NCBI RefSeq assembly: GCF_026210795.1
Contig: NC_089429.1
Coordinates: forward strand, 372,001-436,000
Source of the DNA: Rhizophagus irregularis
Lineage: Eukaryota
Reading direction: 5' to 3'
DNA length: 64,000 bases
The notes under the pieces are model-generated. The model was given only the letters and a program-made list of their open reading frames with translations, did not search any database and was not told where the DNA came from. The position numbers were made by a program, and so were the translations under genes. Shown one piece after another: positions 1-13,703 of this stretch (positions are counted from its first letter, which is position 1; every line of letters begins with the position of its first letter).

Positions 1-764
1 TATGATTATTGTCATTTAATTAAATAAATGTAACAGTTCCTTTCTTTGTATTTTATAATGGATATTACAAAAAGGTTACAAGGATTGTTTTCTAATAATT
101 CTAAAAATAATCATTGTATTTGTTACAGCATATTCAAAAATTGTAAAATATAAAACTTTCTTTTGTAATAATTTTTGTTACAGGTTTCGGAAAAGATTAA
201 GTGTAGGGATTACTAAATTTGGTCAATGATTATGCGAAACCTGAATGAATTTTATCTATATGTAAAACAAGTAGTTATTAATCTATATAATACATATAAT
301 AATTTTTTTTTGAAACCTTATTTGTTTAACATACGGGTTATGAGTTAACAAAATTGTCAATAAAATCATCAAGGACGTTTCAATAACAACAAATTGTTTA
401 TTTTTAATGTAGTCTACGAAAAATATGAAATTAATTAAATTAGAATTAATAATTACGATTTCTGAGATTTTATATAAGTTGGTTCCTATTTGTTATCAAT
501 ATACTACCAATAAAATTTTCTGGATTTTTTGGACGCGCAAATATTTTTTTTTTTTATTATCAATAGCTTTTAATTTACTACGATTTTTTGATTGCAAATC
601 TAATAATAATCTAGGTATTCCATGTAAAATTTTATCATAATTTTAAAGAAAATAATTGAAAAAAATCGGAAAATTCTTATTAATTAATTAATTATTCTAT
701 TTATTTTTTAATAACTAAATTACATTCATATACATGATATCACTAATATTATATATATAATTTA

Positions 765-2481
765 TTAAAGTGTACACACGCTACATGATGCAGGAACGGA
801 CGTAAATTGATTTGTATGTAGGTCACAAAATGAATATTTCTGTTGACAGATACCATTCGGTATAAGACCAGTCAACCCATTAATAGCCAATCTCCTAAAA
901 AAAATTAAATTAATTAGTATATATATATACAAATATAATAATAATAATAATAATAATAACTTACAATCTGTTTAACTTTATATCACCGATTGTTGCAGGA
1001 ATTTCTCCAGATAATTTATTATCTGATAATAGTAAATCGAATAATTGTAATTTAGACAATTCAGCTGGAATTTGACCCGTAAAAGAATTGCTTTCTAAAT
1101 TTATAGTTTTCAAATTTTCACATTGAACTATAGATGGAGGTATAATACCACTAAAGTTGTTTGAATTTAAATCCAAAAATACTAAACTTTTCGCAAATTT
1201 TGATGTTATAATCGAAGGAAATTCACCGGACAAAAGGTTAAATGCTACACTAAGTGTCTTCAAATTTTTTAAATTCATTATTGAATCAGGTATACCTCCA
1301 GTATACAGATTACTACTTAAATCCAACATTATCAGACTTTGTTGTAGTGTAGGACTATTACCAATGAAATCAGGTATTACGCCAGTAATATTTTGCATAG
1401 CATAGACCAAAATCTCCAAAGAGGTTTTTGCTATAGAATCCGGAATAGGATCAGATAATTGACGATTATTAGTTAATCGTAAAGTTTTTAATGAAGTCAT
1501 CTTATCAAAAGTATTTGGAATCTTGCCAGTTAAACCGGTAGATGTTATAAATAATTCTCGTAAATTTTCCAATTGAAATAAAGAAGTGGACATTAAATTA
1601 TTTGGTAATTTATTGCCTCCAATTAAAGTAAATTTTTGTAACGTCTTTAATTGTCCTATTCTAGTATCAAGAAATCTTGGAATAATCGGAAATTCTAATA
1701 ATAATTCAACAACATTATTGGAATCATCACATTTAACTCCAACCCATTTACAATAATTAATATCTTCCATCCAATTATTCAGTTCAAACATTGTTCGATT
1801 TATAGCATTTATATATACTGATTTTAACATACAGAATTGTGTAACATTGTAAAATGAGTTATCATCCCAGCAAAATTCACAATTGAAATTTAATGGTGGA
1901 GTTGTTCCTAATAACGTTGAACATATTGTTGATTTTAGGTTTTGTTCTTGCGCTGGGGTGAAATCATTTACTAAGTTCGTTATATTTGATATTGGTGAAT
2001 TACGATAGGCTGCATATGCTACATCTAAGGCTGCTATATTTCCTAATAATATTAATATTATAATAATCAATATAATAATCAAACAACAATTCCTTTTTTT
2101 CTTCTTTTTCTTTAATAATTTTTTCTTTTCCTCTTTGGTCAATGTCGCAATTTCTTTCTTTTCTTTCTTCTTTTTCCACCAAAATAATTTGGATATTTTA
2201 GAAAATAATTTAGAAAAAAAAGATTTCTTTTTAACTGGAGGTGAATTATTATAATCATAATTGATTGGAATAAGGGTAGATGCGTCACTATGAGTATAAG
2301 TACTATTATTAATTCTATTATTATTTCTCGCTGCTGGAGGAGGATTTCTTATTTCAATTTCTACACTTTTTGGATATTGAGCTTTTACTTTTTTCTTTTT
2401 AGCTCGTTGACTTTCATAATTATCACTATCACTTTCCGATGAAAATGCTGAACGTTCTCGTTCTTCTTCTATACTTTCCAT
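765..2481 (-). CDS. Type II membrane protein with plant-type leucine-rich repeats (exons 2481-965 and 894-765)
   Basis: Charged N-terminus, poly-K, then one hydrophobic helix (CCLIIILIIIILILLGNIAAL). LRRNT cap CKWVGVKC and about 10 LxxLxLxxNxLxGxIP repeats. GTAAG...TTTTAG intron 964-895 continues in frame to LRLAINGLTGLIPNGIC...CSVCTL*. Confidence 0.9.
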
Positions 2482-4349
2482 ATTATTCGTGGTAATGATG
2501 ATGGTAATTGATTTGCTATGAGGGGATATAAAGTATAGCAGATAGGTATTTATATAAATTTTATTTAAAGGAAATAATACCAGATTATTTCACTTAATTA
2601 AATAAATTTATACGTGAAAAGGACCTGCTTCTCACGAGAGAAAAAAAAGAAAAAAAAATACTTTTTTGATATCCTTCATAATATATAATAATTTTTTTCT
2701 AATAATACATAATAATACAACAAACAATTCATTTTTTTTTTTAAAACAATATTCTTTGTTTACTTTGTGCGGGTTCTTTCTTCTGAAACCCTTTTTTTTT
2801 TAAAGTGAAACAAAACACACATTGTATATCATATAAGGGACACTTTACCTAGATTTGTACTAACTTTGTCTGTTTAACAAGTTGCGATCTACAAAGGATC
2901 CACAACGGACTTATCGATTTCTTTAATGTTAATACAGTTAGTTAAACAAAAAGGATTGTTTCACGAAGTTTCATGATTAAATACAGAACAATACTGTATA
3001 TGCCTGGAAATTTTTAAGATTTAACGTCATATTTTATCAACTCCTTACTCAACTATATTTAGAATATAAAGTATTATCATTCTGTTCATGCGTAGTATTT
3101 ATTATTAAACTAAATGCTTATATTACAAATAAAAATTGAAATCTATACAATGGTTTCTACAATAAATATATCCATATTGGTATAATAATAACTACGCATT
3201 GATGATTCTAAATAAAAATAAATTATAGTAGATTAAAGTAAATTTTAATCATTTATAATCAGCGCCAAAAAAAAATATTTATCCTTTGTAGTATTCAGTT
3301 GTTACGGTTCTTTCAAAATCCGAAACGTTTTGCCCGGTGAACTTTCTATATATGCATCCGAAAACATCCGAAACCTCCGAAACCTTAATTGGATATATAT
3401 CTTTTTGTTGATCAAATTGGGTGAAACCGCAACATTACACGAACAATATATAATTTACTCTTAGTTACATTCATTATTTTCTAATATATATCGTCTAATT
3501 GCTTTCTATAATATATTATTTATACATGGGTGAATTAACTCATGTCCCATGGTAATTAGGCAATACACGTGTAATGCCGAAAATATAAAATAGTATATTC
3601 CGAATTATTGCACCAATGAATTGCAGAAATCTATGCCGATTTGATGATCTCATTTCTGCAATTCGCCATTATGGTGTTTCGATAATTCACCAATTAAGCA
3701 TTACTGCGGTCAGCGCGGTGTTGATTCATTTCGGCAATTCGGCAATTTGACATTGCGGCTGTGTACATTTTGCCGCCGTAATATTTCGGCACCACCTAAT
3801 TTTAATTCACGTATATATTATCTTAATAAGCATCTTTTTTTCCTAAAAATAGTAACCATCTTTGAATTGAACTGCGGACCTCTTGTATTTATTCCCAATT
3901 TATCATGAATTTCGAATAATTTACAGTGTGTTTCGGTTTTAATTTTTTTTTGAAGTGATTAAGTAAAAACTTATTTTATTTTATTTTAACACTTATTGAA
4001 ATTAACTTCTTTAGGACATTTTAATGTCAAAAAAAAGGCAACTGGCCTACTAAAAAAATATTCTTTTCAATATGATTTATAAATTATTCTTATAAAGGTG
4101 TAACGATGTAGATCAATTTAGTTGAAAATCGATTTTTAAAAAAAAAATCAGATTGTTTCATTGAAAAATTCAAATCTTTAAGGAATTTACTATTAAGGTA
4201 TGAAAAAATAATTTTTTTTTTAAATAAAAAAAATGCGATTTTTTCGTTTTTTATTTGTTTTATAATGGATCAAAATAAGAATTATAAAATGAAATTATAA
4301 ATCACATGATGATTGTCGATAAATCATGTAAAAAGGTGCTAAATTGGGT

Positions 4350-4905
4350 TACTGTACATTTCGCTGAAATCCATTTCACCAAAGCCATTTCGCCGAAGGG
4401 ATGTTTCACCGAAGGATGTTTCGCCTCACCGAAGTGCATTTTATCGAATCCATTTCACCGATTCGTCCATTTCGCCGAATTCCATTTCACCGAAAATGGT
4501 AGCGAATTAACATTTTTTATAAAAAATGTTCATCGCGCAATAAAAATAAAAAATAAAAATAGATCTTTTTTCCCAGGTTATTTTAACATTCAAGTAACTG
4601 CTATTAATTGTTAAGCAATAAATAAAGAAATTTTCCTGAAAAAATTTATTCGCGAAAGTATAAAGTGAAAAAAAGGTTAATGTATTATAAACAACGTGAT
4701 AAATTTAATAAAATTTATCTAATTCAAAAATTTTCTAGTAAAGATTTCTTTATGTATTTAGTGTAATTACAATAAAATAATCAAATGGAATAAATAATTT
4801 TTTGGCAAAATTTCCGTTCGACAAAATGTTCATTCGGCGAAACGTCCTTTCGGCGAAATATCCCTTCGGCGGCGAAATGAGTTTCGGCGAAAAGTTTCGA
4901 ACTCC
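4350..4905. repeat. Probable non-autonomous TIR element with inverted arrays of short repeats
   Basis: Many (A/T)TTTC(A/G)CCGAA copies at 4358-4495 face TTCGGCGAAA copies at 4800-4895. Termini and TSD not resolved. Confidence 0.55.
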
Positions 4906-5499
4906 CGATACTGTAAGGTGATTCAATTTGTAAATTGTAATGACCTAAAAAAGAAAAAAAAATTCTTCCTATATATTATATTTATTTTACATTGTATTGC
5001 CCTATAAAAAAAATTCTGGAAAAACTCCGATAAATGATCATTTTCTAGTTTTCATTCCGAAGAAACTCAGACACATGATCATTTTCCAGACAAATTGTTT
5101 ATAGGGTTGTATTCCACAGAAATCTTTTCTCGAATTAACGCATTAGCGTTTATTCTTTATTGTGATGTATCACAAATAGAATGAATTTGGGAGAATAATA
5201 TAAATAAAATATATGAGAAAAAATACAAAAAAAGGTATTTGTGAAGAAATATATCTAATAATTCCAATTAAGTTTACCTTTTACTGGAACATATCTACAC
5301 ATGTCACCAACAATAAAAAATTATTTGTTATAACTTATTATTCTATGCAACTATATACGTTTTTATGAGTTTTTCTGAAGTTGATTTAAGAATTCACTTA
5401 AAAAACAACTTTATAAATAAAAGGTGTCAGTGGTATATTGTTTTTGAAATTCATTAAAACAAACGATCTCATTATCTTTTCAAAATTTTAATTAATTAC

Positions 5500-7796
5500 T
5501 CATTCAGTAGTCTCGCATTCATAAATTGGCGTTAGTGCATAAACGCCTGTTATTTGATATAAATGAAGTATCGGGTCGTTGATGTTATCTATATTATCAA
5601 GATCAAATAACGAATCTCTAAAAGAGTATTCGTAATTATTCAACAATTTCATGTATTTTTCACCGATCATGGGAGAAATTGGTCTTGCCAACGGTTGTAT
5701 ATTTATCGCATTGCGTACCTTTAATTAACATAAAATGCATAAAAAGTTAAATATCGAAAAAAGATCGATAATATGAATTAGTTTTTATATCTTACCTCTT
5801 CCTCCCTGATCTTTGATATTCTTTGTTCATCAGCTTCCTTCTCTCGGAATCTCCTGTGTTCGTCAGAAATATGACGTTCTTCCATAGTATCAGAAAAACC
5901 AATTGGTTCTGTTGGTGGAGGACATTCAGGTTTCCTAGGAATTTCTGGCTCAAAATTGAGGAGAGGCTGTGCATGGAATGGCTTAGGTTTTGTTATGGCC
6001 GGTGAATATGGAAAATTAAATATCGAAAAAAAGATCGATAATATGAATTAGTTTTTATATCTTACCTCTTCCTCCCTAATCTTTGATATTCTTTGTTCCT
6101 CAGCTTCCTTCTCTCGGAATCTTCTGTGTTCGTCAGAAATATGACGTTCTTCCATAGTATCAGAAAAACCAATTGGTTCTGTTGGTGGAGGACATTCAGG
6201 TTTCCTAGGAATTTCGGGCTCAAAATTGAGGAGAGGTTGTGCATGGAATGGCTTAGGTTTTATGGCCGGTGAATATGGAAAGTTAAATATCGAAAAAAAG
6301 ATCGATAATATGAATTAGTTTTTATATCTTACCTCTTCCTCCCTGATCTTTAATATTCTTTGTTCCTCAGTTTCCTTCTCTCGGAATCTTCTGTGTTCGT
6401 CAGAAATATGACGTTCTTCCATACGAGTATCAGAAAAACCAATTGGTTCTGTTGGTAGAGGACATTCAGGTTTCCTAGGAATTTCGGGCTCAAAATTGAG
6501 GAGAGGTTGTGCATGGAGTGGCTTAGGTTTTGTTATGGCCAGTGAATATGGAAAGTTAAATATCGAAAAAAGATCGATAATATGAATTAGTTTTTATATC
6601 TTACCTCTTCCTTCCTGATCTTTGCTATTCTTTGTTCCTCAACTTCCTTCTCTCGGAATCTTTTGTGTTCGCCATAAATATGACGTTCTTCTATACGATT
6701 ATCAGAAAAACCAATTGGTTCTGTTGGTGGAGGACATTCAGGTTTTCTATGAATTTCGGGCTCAAAATTGAGGAGAGATTGTGCATGGAGTGTCTTAGGT
6801 TTTGTTATGACCGGTGAATATGGTTCAGTCAGCTTTGGCTTTGGTACTTTTGGTATTTCGCGTTCTTCTGTAGGTAATATACTGAACAATAATCAAATAC
6901 ATTAATAATTAATTACCCGGCTTATGAATGATTTTCGCATTTATTTTATTTATTAATTAGTGAAGTATAACTACGTAGTGGGTTTAGACCTATCTTTAAT
7001 GCGCAAGTACGGAGATTTTGGTACAGTTAAGGTATTTGAACGTACTTTACCAGACTTTTTTTTTTAAAGGAAAAAATTGCGATTGTTAGCCTCAAAATCA
7101 CGATATTGATTTTGAAACGTATTATCATCTGATACCTTAGCATCGAATCTGGTTGGATTTTCTAAAAGTGGTGATTTGGGGGAATTTTCTTTATTACGAG
7201 ATTTACTGGCCCGCAATTCAGTATAAAATTTGAAAGGCTTTGGTACTGTTGGTACGAACGCACGTTTCTAATAGACGAATTATATTATTATAAACGCGTT
7301 AAAATGATAATATGATAATCCACTTCAAATTTATAATAATTACTTGTATTCCACCGCCACTCTTTTTAGCTAAATAATTTTTAGTTTGTGGCGATTGAGT
7401 CCTTGACATGACCCGATTAAGATTATCTTCAAACTTTTCGGCCGTTTTTTTTTCAGTTTTTGTTACTAAATAATTTTTATTTTGTGGTGTTCGAGTATTT
7501 GACGCTACTGACATGACCCGACTAAGATTACATTCAAACTTTTCGGCCGTTTTGTTTTCAGTTTTTGTTACTAAATAATTTTTATTTTGTGGTGTTTGAG
7601 TCCTTGACGCTACTGACATGGCCCGACTAAGATTACATTCAAACTTTTCGGCCGTTTTGTTTTCAGTTTTTGTTATTAAATAATTTTTATTTTGTGGTGT
7701 TTGAGTCCTTGACGCTACTGACATGGCCCGACTAAGATTACATTCAAACTTTTCGGCCACTTCAAGTTTGTCGTTATTAAAATTAGTTGCGTCCAT
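5500..7796 (-). CDS. TPX2/WVD2-like microtubule-associated protein (exons 7796-7344, 7267-7136, 7054-6975, 6881-6605, 5718-5500)
   Basis: GT-AG introns join in frame. Repeated TPX2-type motifs PTVPKPFKFYTELR, LTVPKSPYL, LTEPYSPVI, TEPIGF and PLARPISP. Confidence 0.7.
5743..6822 (-). repeat. Four tandem ~270 bp copies of an exon 3' part plus splice donor plus partial intron
   Basis: CTTAC (GTAAG on the minus strand) at 5791, 6061, 6328 and 6600. Copies are near-identical with small indels. Confidence 0.95.
7370..7760 (-). repeat. In-frame 105 bp (35 aa) coding tandem repeat, about 3.7 copies
   Basis: GACGCTACTGACATG at 7501, 7606 and 7711. Peptide unit TAEKFECNLSRAMSVASRTQTPQNKNYLxTKTENK. 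Confidence 0.95.
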
Positions 7797-10700
7797 ATTT
7801 TGTTTTCAGTTTTCGTTATCAAAAATCAGTTTAGAGCAACAAGTTTTGTTTCAGTTTTTGTTACCAAGAATCAGTTTAAAACAAAGTCAACAAGGTTTGT
7901 TTTCAATTTTTGTCACCATCTGTACTTAAAAGGGACTTGTTGATCACACACGTATAGCATGCAGATCATAATTACTATTGGCTAATTTATCATGTTTATT
8001 TACTATGCTCACACGTATGACGTAAGGTTTTTATTCTGACCAAAATATCAAAGCGAATAAACAAGTTTTTAATTGGTCCGTTAATATTAATGTTACACTA
8101 TGATTTTACTATAATTCAGTTATAACTTATAACTGACTAAACTGAGGTAAATACATTATCAGTTATACTATTGAAATAACCCTTGGTAAAACTGTTAAAT
8201 TACAACCTAGATCCAGTGTTCCACAACTTGAACCATACCTACATGTTACACAAAGTTAGTACATTGGTTTGTAACCTTTAAAGGCTATAAAATTTTATTA
8301 AGCTTGGTCTTTTTCTTTAATAAAATGTTTCCAGAATTCACGTGAGCAAGGTTAAGAACTAAATGGATGATCTTTTCCTTGTAATTTTTGTGAAACTTGT
8401 AAAATATGCAAAGAGTAAAATCTGGTGTTTTAACGTAGCGATTTTTTTTTGGACTATAAAAAAATATATCTATCCATCCCTCTATCTCATCTTAGTAATT
8501 TTCCTGAGTTGAGCGCGCTTATCTGATTTTCTTACGGCACTTGTCCTATCAAATACTGATGGTATGATAAATTCATTATCTTCTGATTGGCGAAAATTAT
8601 GTCCAATAACAAGATTTGACAAATTTAACATTTTTTTATTAATTGATGTGTAAGTTGTATCAAATTCCTGATTTTTTGAAACATAAGGGTATTTTATTAA
8701 CTCAACGTTAGTATTTGTAGGATTTGAAAGAATAAAATCGAAATTAATATTGTATCTACACAACCATCCATCAGATTTTCAACTTGTAATCACATCTTTC
8801 TAATTTTTTTTGGATACAATTGATAATAAGTGATGGTTTTCCATTAGATGGATAATATTTGACAAGTAAAAGAATCATTCTTTAATCCTGTCATGTCGGG
8901 GAGAGTTGCAAAAATATCGCAATCTGCTTCTTTATCTTGAATCATTTCCATGATATTTGATGGTAATATATATCATATATATATATATACAGTATATCTC
9001 ATTAGATTTCTAGGATAAGTTGATGAACTGTATCCATAACTATACGTAAAGTACAAATATTCCCTATATTAATAAATAAATAACTATTTTTTTATTCAGG
9101 TTGCTGTAGCGTATTTTTTTTCTCCTAACGAACGATTGCAATAAATTGTTTTAAGATTCCTAAAGAAATACTTATAAACTTTATTTTTTTTTATCCTCTT
9201 TAGCCAACTAAATAATCACCATATATGTAATTTTAAACTTACTTATATTAAACGTCCATTTATTCTATTCATTATTTTCCAAAATTTTTTACTACACAAT
9301 CTATAAAAGATTCTTTTTTTAATAATGCCATTTTAATCAATTATGATTTAACAATTACTTTAGATGACCTGAATTTCCCCATTTTTTTTGTTCACAAATA
9401 TGGAACATGCATTGAAGTTCTAAATGGGCTGATACATAATTCGTCTATTACATGCTAATTTGATCTATTTAAAACCCTTCTATCGAAAAATATGAAAGCG
9501 GAAAATGAAAAAATTTATTAGTCGGAAGTGACGAAGGACTATATATTATTATGCGAAAGTTACGTTATTGATGCATTATTAAGTAAAATAAACTCATGCA
9601 GTCATATGTGATATTTTTCCCCGTTTCCTATTATATACATATATATATGGAGGTTTAGAAAACGTTAAAGAATCAAATTCGGTAACAAAATTTTTTTTTT
9701 GGATTCAAATATTTAAAAATATGTAGTGTAGTTCTTTGATTGTGACAGAAATCCCGTACACTTTATAGAAGACATTTTTAAGATGTCTTCTGTTATTTCT
9801 ATAAAAACACCGTAAAATGAAGCACTTTTTTCCGTTAAAATAATAAATTCGAATCCTTCCATTTTAAAGAAAATTAAATAGAACGCATAAATTATCAGAA
9901 ATTCGTGTTGAACTCAAGTTCATTAATACGCTATTTTTAAGAAAGAAAGAAGATAATGATTATTACGATATTATAGAAAAGGACGAATAAGAAGAAAATT
10001 CAATTAGATGATATTATTGATAAGAGCAAGAAAGAAGAAACTATATATTTAGAAAAGAGAATTTATTGGAATGATCTAAATAAAAAATGTCATTTAGAAT
10101 GTGGACGTATCATGAGTTTTGATGGATTTCAGAAAAAGAGATTGTGAACTAGAAGAAATTGATTCAGCTCAATTTAAAATAATTGAATTTAATTCATGGA
10201 AGATTGGATGATAAAAACAAATTTATTTTCTGGAGTTGATATTAACGCACGGAATTTTGTAGGATTTTACATGACGATTTACGTGATTTACGCAATAAAA
10301 CCCTTAAATCTATTGGAAAAACAATCCTTTATAGGGATATTTTGAATTGCGATTATGATTTAAGTACCCGGAGATTTCTGAAGGATTGAATTAAAAGATG
10401 ATATCCCAAAGGATATTATTCGAAATAAAGAGGCTGATTGTGATATTTTTGTGGCTATTGTTGATGCTGATGAGAATTCAAAAAAAGTAATTATTAACTG
10501 CCATATTAAAAAATTAGAAGAATCAAAAGAGCTTATAATTCATGGTATCCAAAAAAATTTTCGACCATGTCAATGCAAATTGAAAATTGATCTGATGATT
10601 ATTGGTTATGACACTTTAGTTCCATTCTTTCAGACACTAGTCTCGAATTAATAAGAAATTCTTATATTTCAAAAATCTGGAGTTTGATACTATAAAATTA

Positions 10701-11254
10701 TCTCAATCAATAGAAAGAAGTATTCCTTACTTTGGAATTCCTGTGTTAGACAAAGACAAATCGACTCGTCAAATACTGTCATTGGACATAATTTTCGCCA
10801 ATCAGAAGATAATAAATTATATATAGATATATTTGCTATAGTCTAAAAACAAATCGCTATGTTAGTTTGCCAGATTTTACCTTTCATATTTATAAATCGC
10901 GTACGTTTGATTTTAAAATATTTAAAAAGCCATTCATTAATTTTCATAAATCGCGTACGTTTGATCAATCGATTAACATAATAGATTTTAGTCCAAAATA
11001 TATAAGTTTATTCTTATCAAAAGATAATTATAAACCAATTTTATTAAATCAAAAAACAAAGCAAGTTAAAATTAAATATATTAATTGTAAATGCAATAAT
11101 CTTCACCGAATTTTTGACTTGTTGAAATCCTGTATTCTCAACCCCTCCATCCGTAATATTGGCAAAGATAGGATAAAGTTTTCATTCATCCTGTTGGTTA
11201 AGGCTGAAATTTCACTTGATTGGGAGGAAATGGTTCTATGATATCAACATTTTT

Positions 11255-11488
11255 TTCCACAATCAAAAAATGGGCATGAAAGGTATGGCCACAGCTGAAG
11301 ATAGTAATTACCTTCAGAGGTTATTTTAAAATTTCATTATTACATTCAGAACATTGCTCTAGCTCTAGAATTTCTTTATCCCTGAGAATATCGTCTTCAA
11401 GATATTGTAAGCAAACTTCCTATAGGTTGTCAGATTTCGGAGTTTTACCTGTTTTTCTCAATGTCCTGCTTTGTTTCGAAGCTGACAT
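11255..11488 (-). pseudogene. RING-H2 finger gene remnant
   Basis: MSASKQSRTLRKTGKTPKSDNL*EVCLQYLEDDILRDKEILELEQCSECNNEILK*PLKVITIFSCGHTFHAH: CxxC...CGHxFH motif with two in-frame stops. Confidence 0.6.
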
Positions 11489-13703
11489 ATTGGATACACT
11501 AGCTTTATCAATACCTCTTGTCATCCCATTTTATTTATAGCACTTGTAATTTTCGCAGGAGAAAAAATTTCCCGGATTTTACCAGCAATTATGCACTGCA
11601 TTTTGTCATTTCACTAATCCCCTTGCGAATCAATAAAAATGACTTCAGGATTAGCATACACTTCCCCGAATCCCATATGCGAAATAATGATTGCTTGAAA
11701 AATGTCTATATTCGAATATTGTTTTTATTAGTATGATACTAGCTAACTAGCACGCCCGGAGACATGACACGGCAAAAATTGAGTCAGAAAAAAAAAGTAA
11801 TGTGCGATTCGCACGTCACACAGCTTGGCAAGATATTTTCCTGATATCATAAAGTGGTTTCACATGACTGGCTATACTCAATAACGTATGAGTAGCGGGA
11901 AGAAACTCTCATTTTATGAGTTTTTCTCTTTAAACTCACTTCATTAATTTTGTTTATCTCAATATAACTTTGTATCACTTTATTTAGAATAAAAACCAAC
12001 ATATTTTTTTCAGCAATTTTCGTGGCCATTCTGCTATGGCGAACCCGGCTTTAGTAGACGACCCCGTTTTTGGCATTGAAATTGAATGAGAAATTTTATT
12101 CATAAATATTAGCATATAAGAATTTTTTTGACTATATTAATACAATATATCATGCCGAATTTCTTACCAAACAATCAGGATAGTCCAGCTTATAAGGAGC
12201 TGGAAGGCGCTTTGCTAAGGCAAAACTACTTTGAAAAATGGCATATATTTAGGGGATGGAAGCATGGATGTAAGGTTTGCGAGGAATGTGATCATCACTC
12301 ACATCTATATTGCAAAAGGTGTAAGAAGGTTGCGGAAGGAATTAAGTAATTTGATCAATAAAGCAATGGTGCAAATTTACCAGACATTTTATAATTTTTT
12401 CACATGGGAAGCAAAGTGTGCTATTATTTTTTCGATCAAGCTTCATTATAGCTTGATAAAATCAATGCGCAGTAATATTATAGTAATCATTACATGTATC
12501 ACAGGAACAAGTAATTGCACATTCTCAAACTTTCTCGCACATTCTCAAAAATTATGTATAGCCTCTTGATGATCCTTATATATGGATAGCATTAAGTTCT
12601 TTATTATTAAATTAAGGGGATGCGATTTTCGGGATGCGATCATATTAATGTAATTTTCCCCAAAGTATATTCCAAGATTGATCCTGCAAATTGTATAAAA
12701 AAATGATGTCCTAGTTAGTAAATCTTTTTATCTGAATATAAGCAAGAATCAAGGAAAAATCAAACGAAAATTCTAATAAAATTAATAAAATTTAAAACTG
12801 CCGTTATTTGCATCATCAATATTTACAATCAAACAAACTCGTATATTCCGCAAAGTAAATAATAAAGTAAGTTAGTTTATTGCTCGGCTAGCTTCTTGAA
12901 ACATGTCATCACAATGTTAATCGATTTTCCCGCCTCTATAGATGTTCCAAAATAAAACGGACGTATTACTCTTCTTGTTATATATCGGCATTTTGATCTT
13001 CGCCGAGAAAATCGTGATTGTCGGCACGTGTCAAATCAGCACAGTAAAATTGTGGATGTCCGTCACATGCTTTATATCAAACAGCTGGCACAGTAAATCA
13101 AACAACTCCTCTTGCCATTATTTACGTAATATCATGCTTTCGATACAAAAACCATTAAGCAACAATTTTTTCAAATATTTGACGGACTTAGAGTATTACA
13201 AAAATGAAATATAAAGGTAAGGGTTAAATGAAATGGATTATTAGTGTATTGTTTATTTTTTATCAAAAATTATGTAAATATACTTATTTATTTTCTGGTA
13301 CTATAGGTTCGAAATTAATTCATCACGGAATAGTTCTCTTTCGGAGCTTAATCTTTTACATGATCTATGTGGGTGGGAGTGAAAAGGGTGATATAGATAG
13401 GCGAAAATATTGTATGTATAGTTGGGATAGGTTAGAGTGTAAGAAACTTATAGATAGAGATATTAGCAATAGAAACAAATTAGTTATAGAGAGAGCAAAG
13501 AAATAACTTGATGCTGGGACTCGCATTAAATGGCTTAGGATCCGCGTACTCCCTCCCTCTTTGATAGCATCATATATTTCATTTGCTTCTGATTATGTAA
13601 AGTTTCTGGTAACGATCAGAATCATGTGACTTTGACTGCGCACAGTAAAAAAATCATTTATGTAATACATACGTCATACGTGTCTTCACACGATATAATA
13701 AAA

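Noticed and set aside
3545..3805. GCCGAA/TTCGGC-rich patch as a MITE
   Set aside because: Inverted similarity is short and neither termini nor TSD can be defined.
8482..10850. Coding-like fragments (possible LINE 3' remnant on the minus strand; decayed gene at 9830-10850)
   Set aside because: Many stops and no diagnostic motif I can support without a search.
12153..12349. Small Cys/His-rich ORF
   Set aside because: Short, no recognisable family, and no signal peptide.
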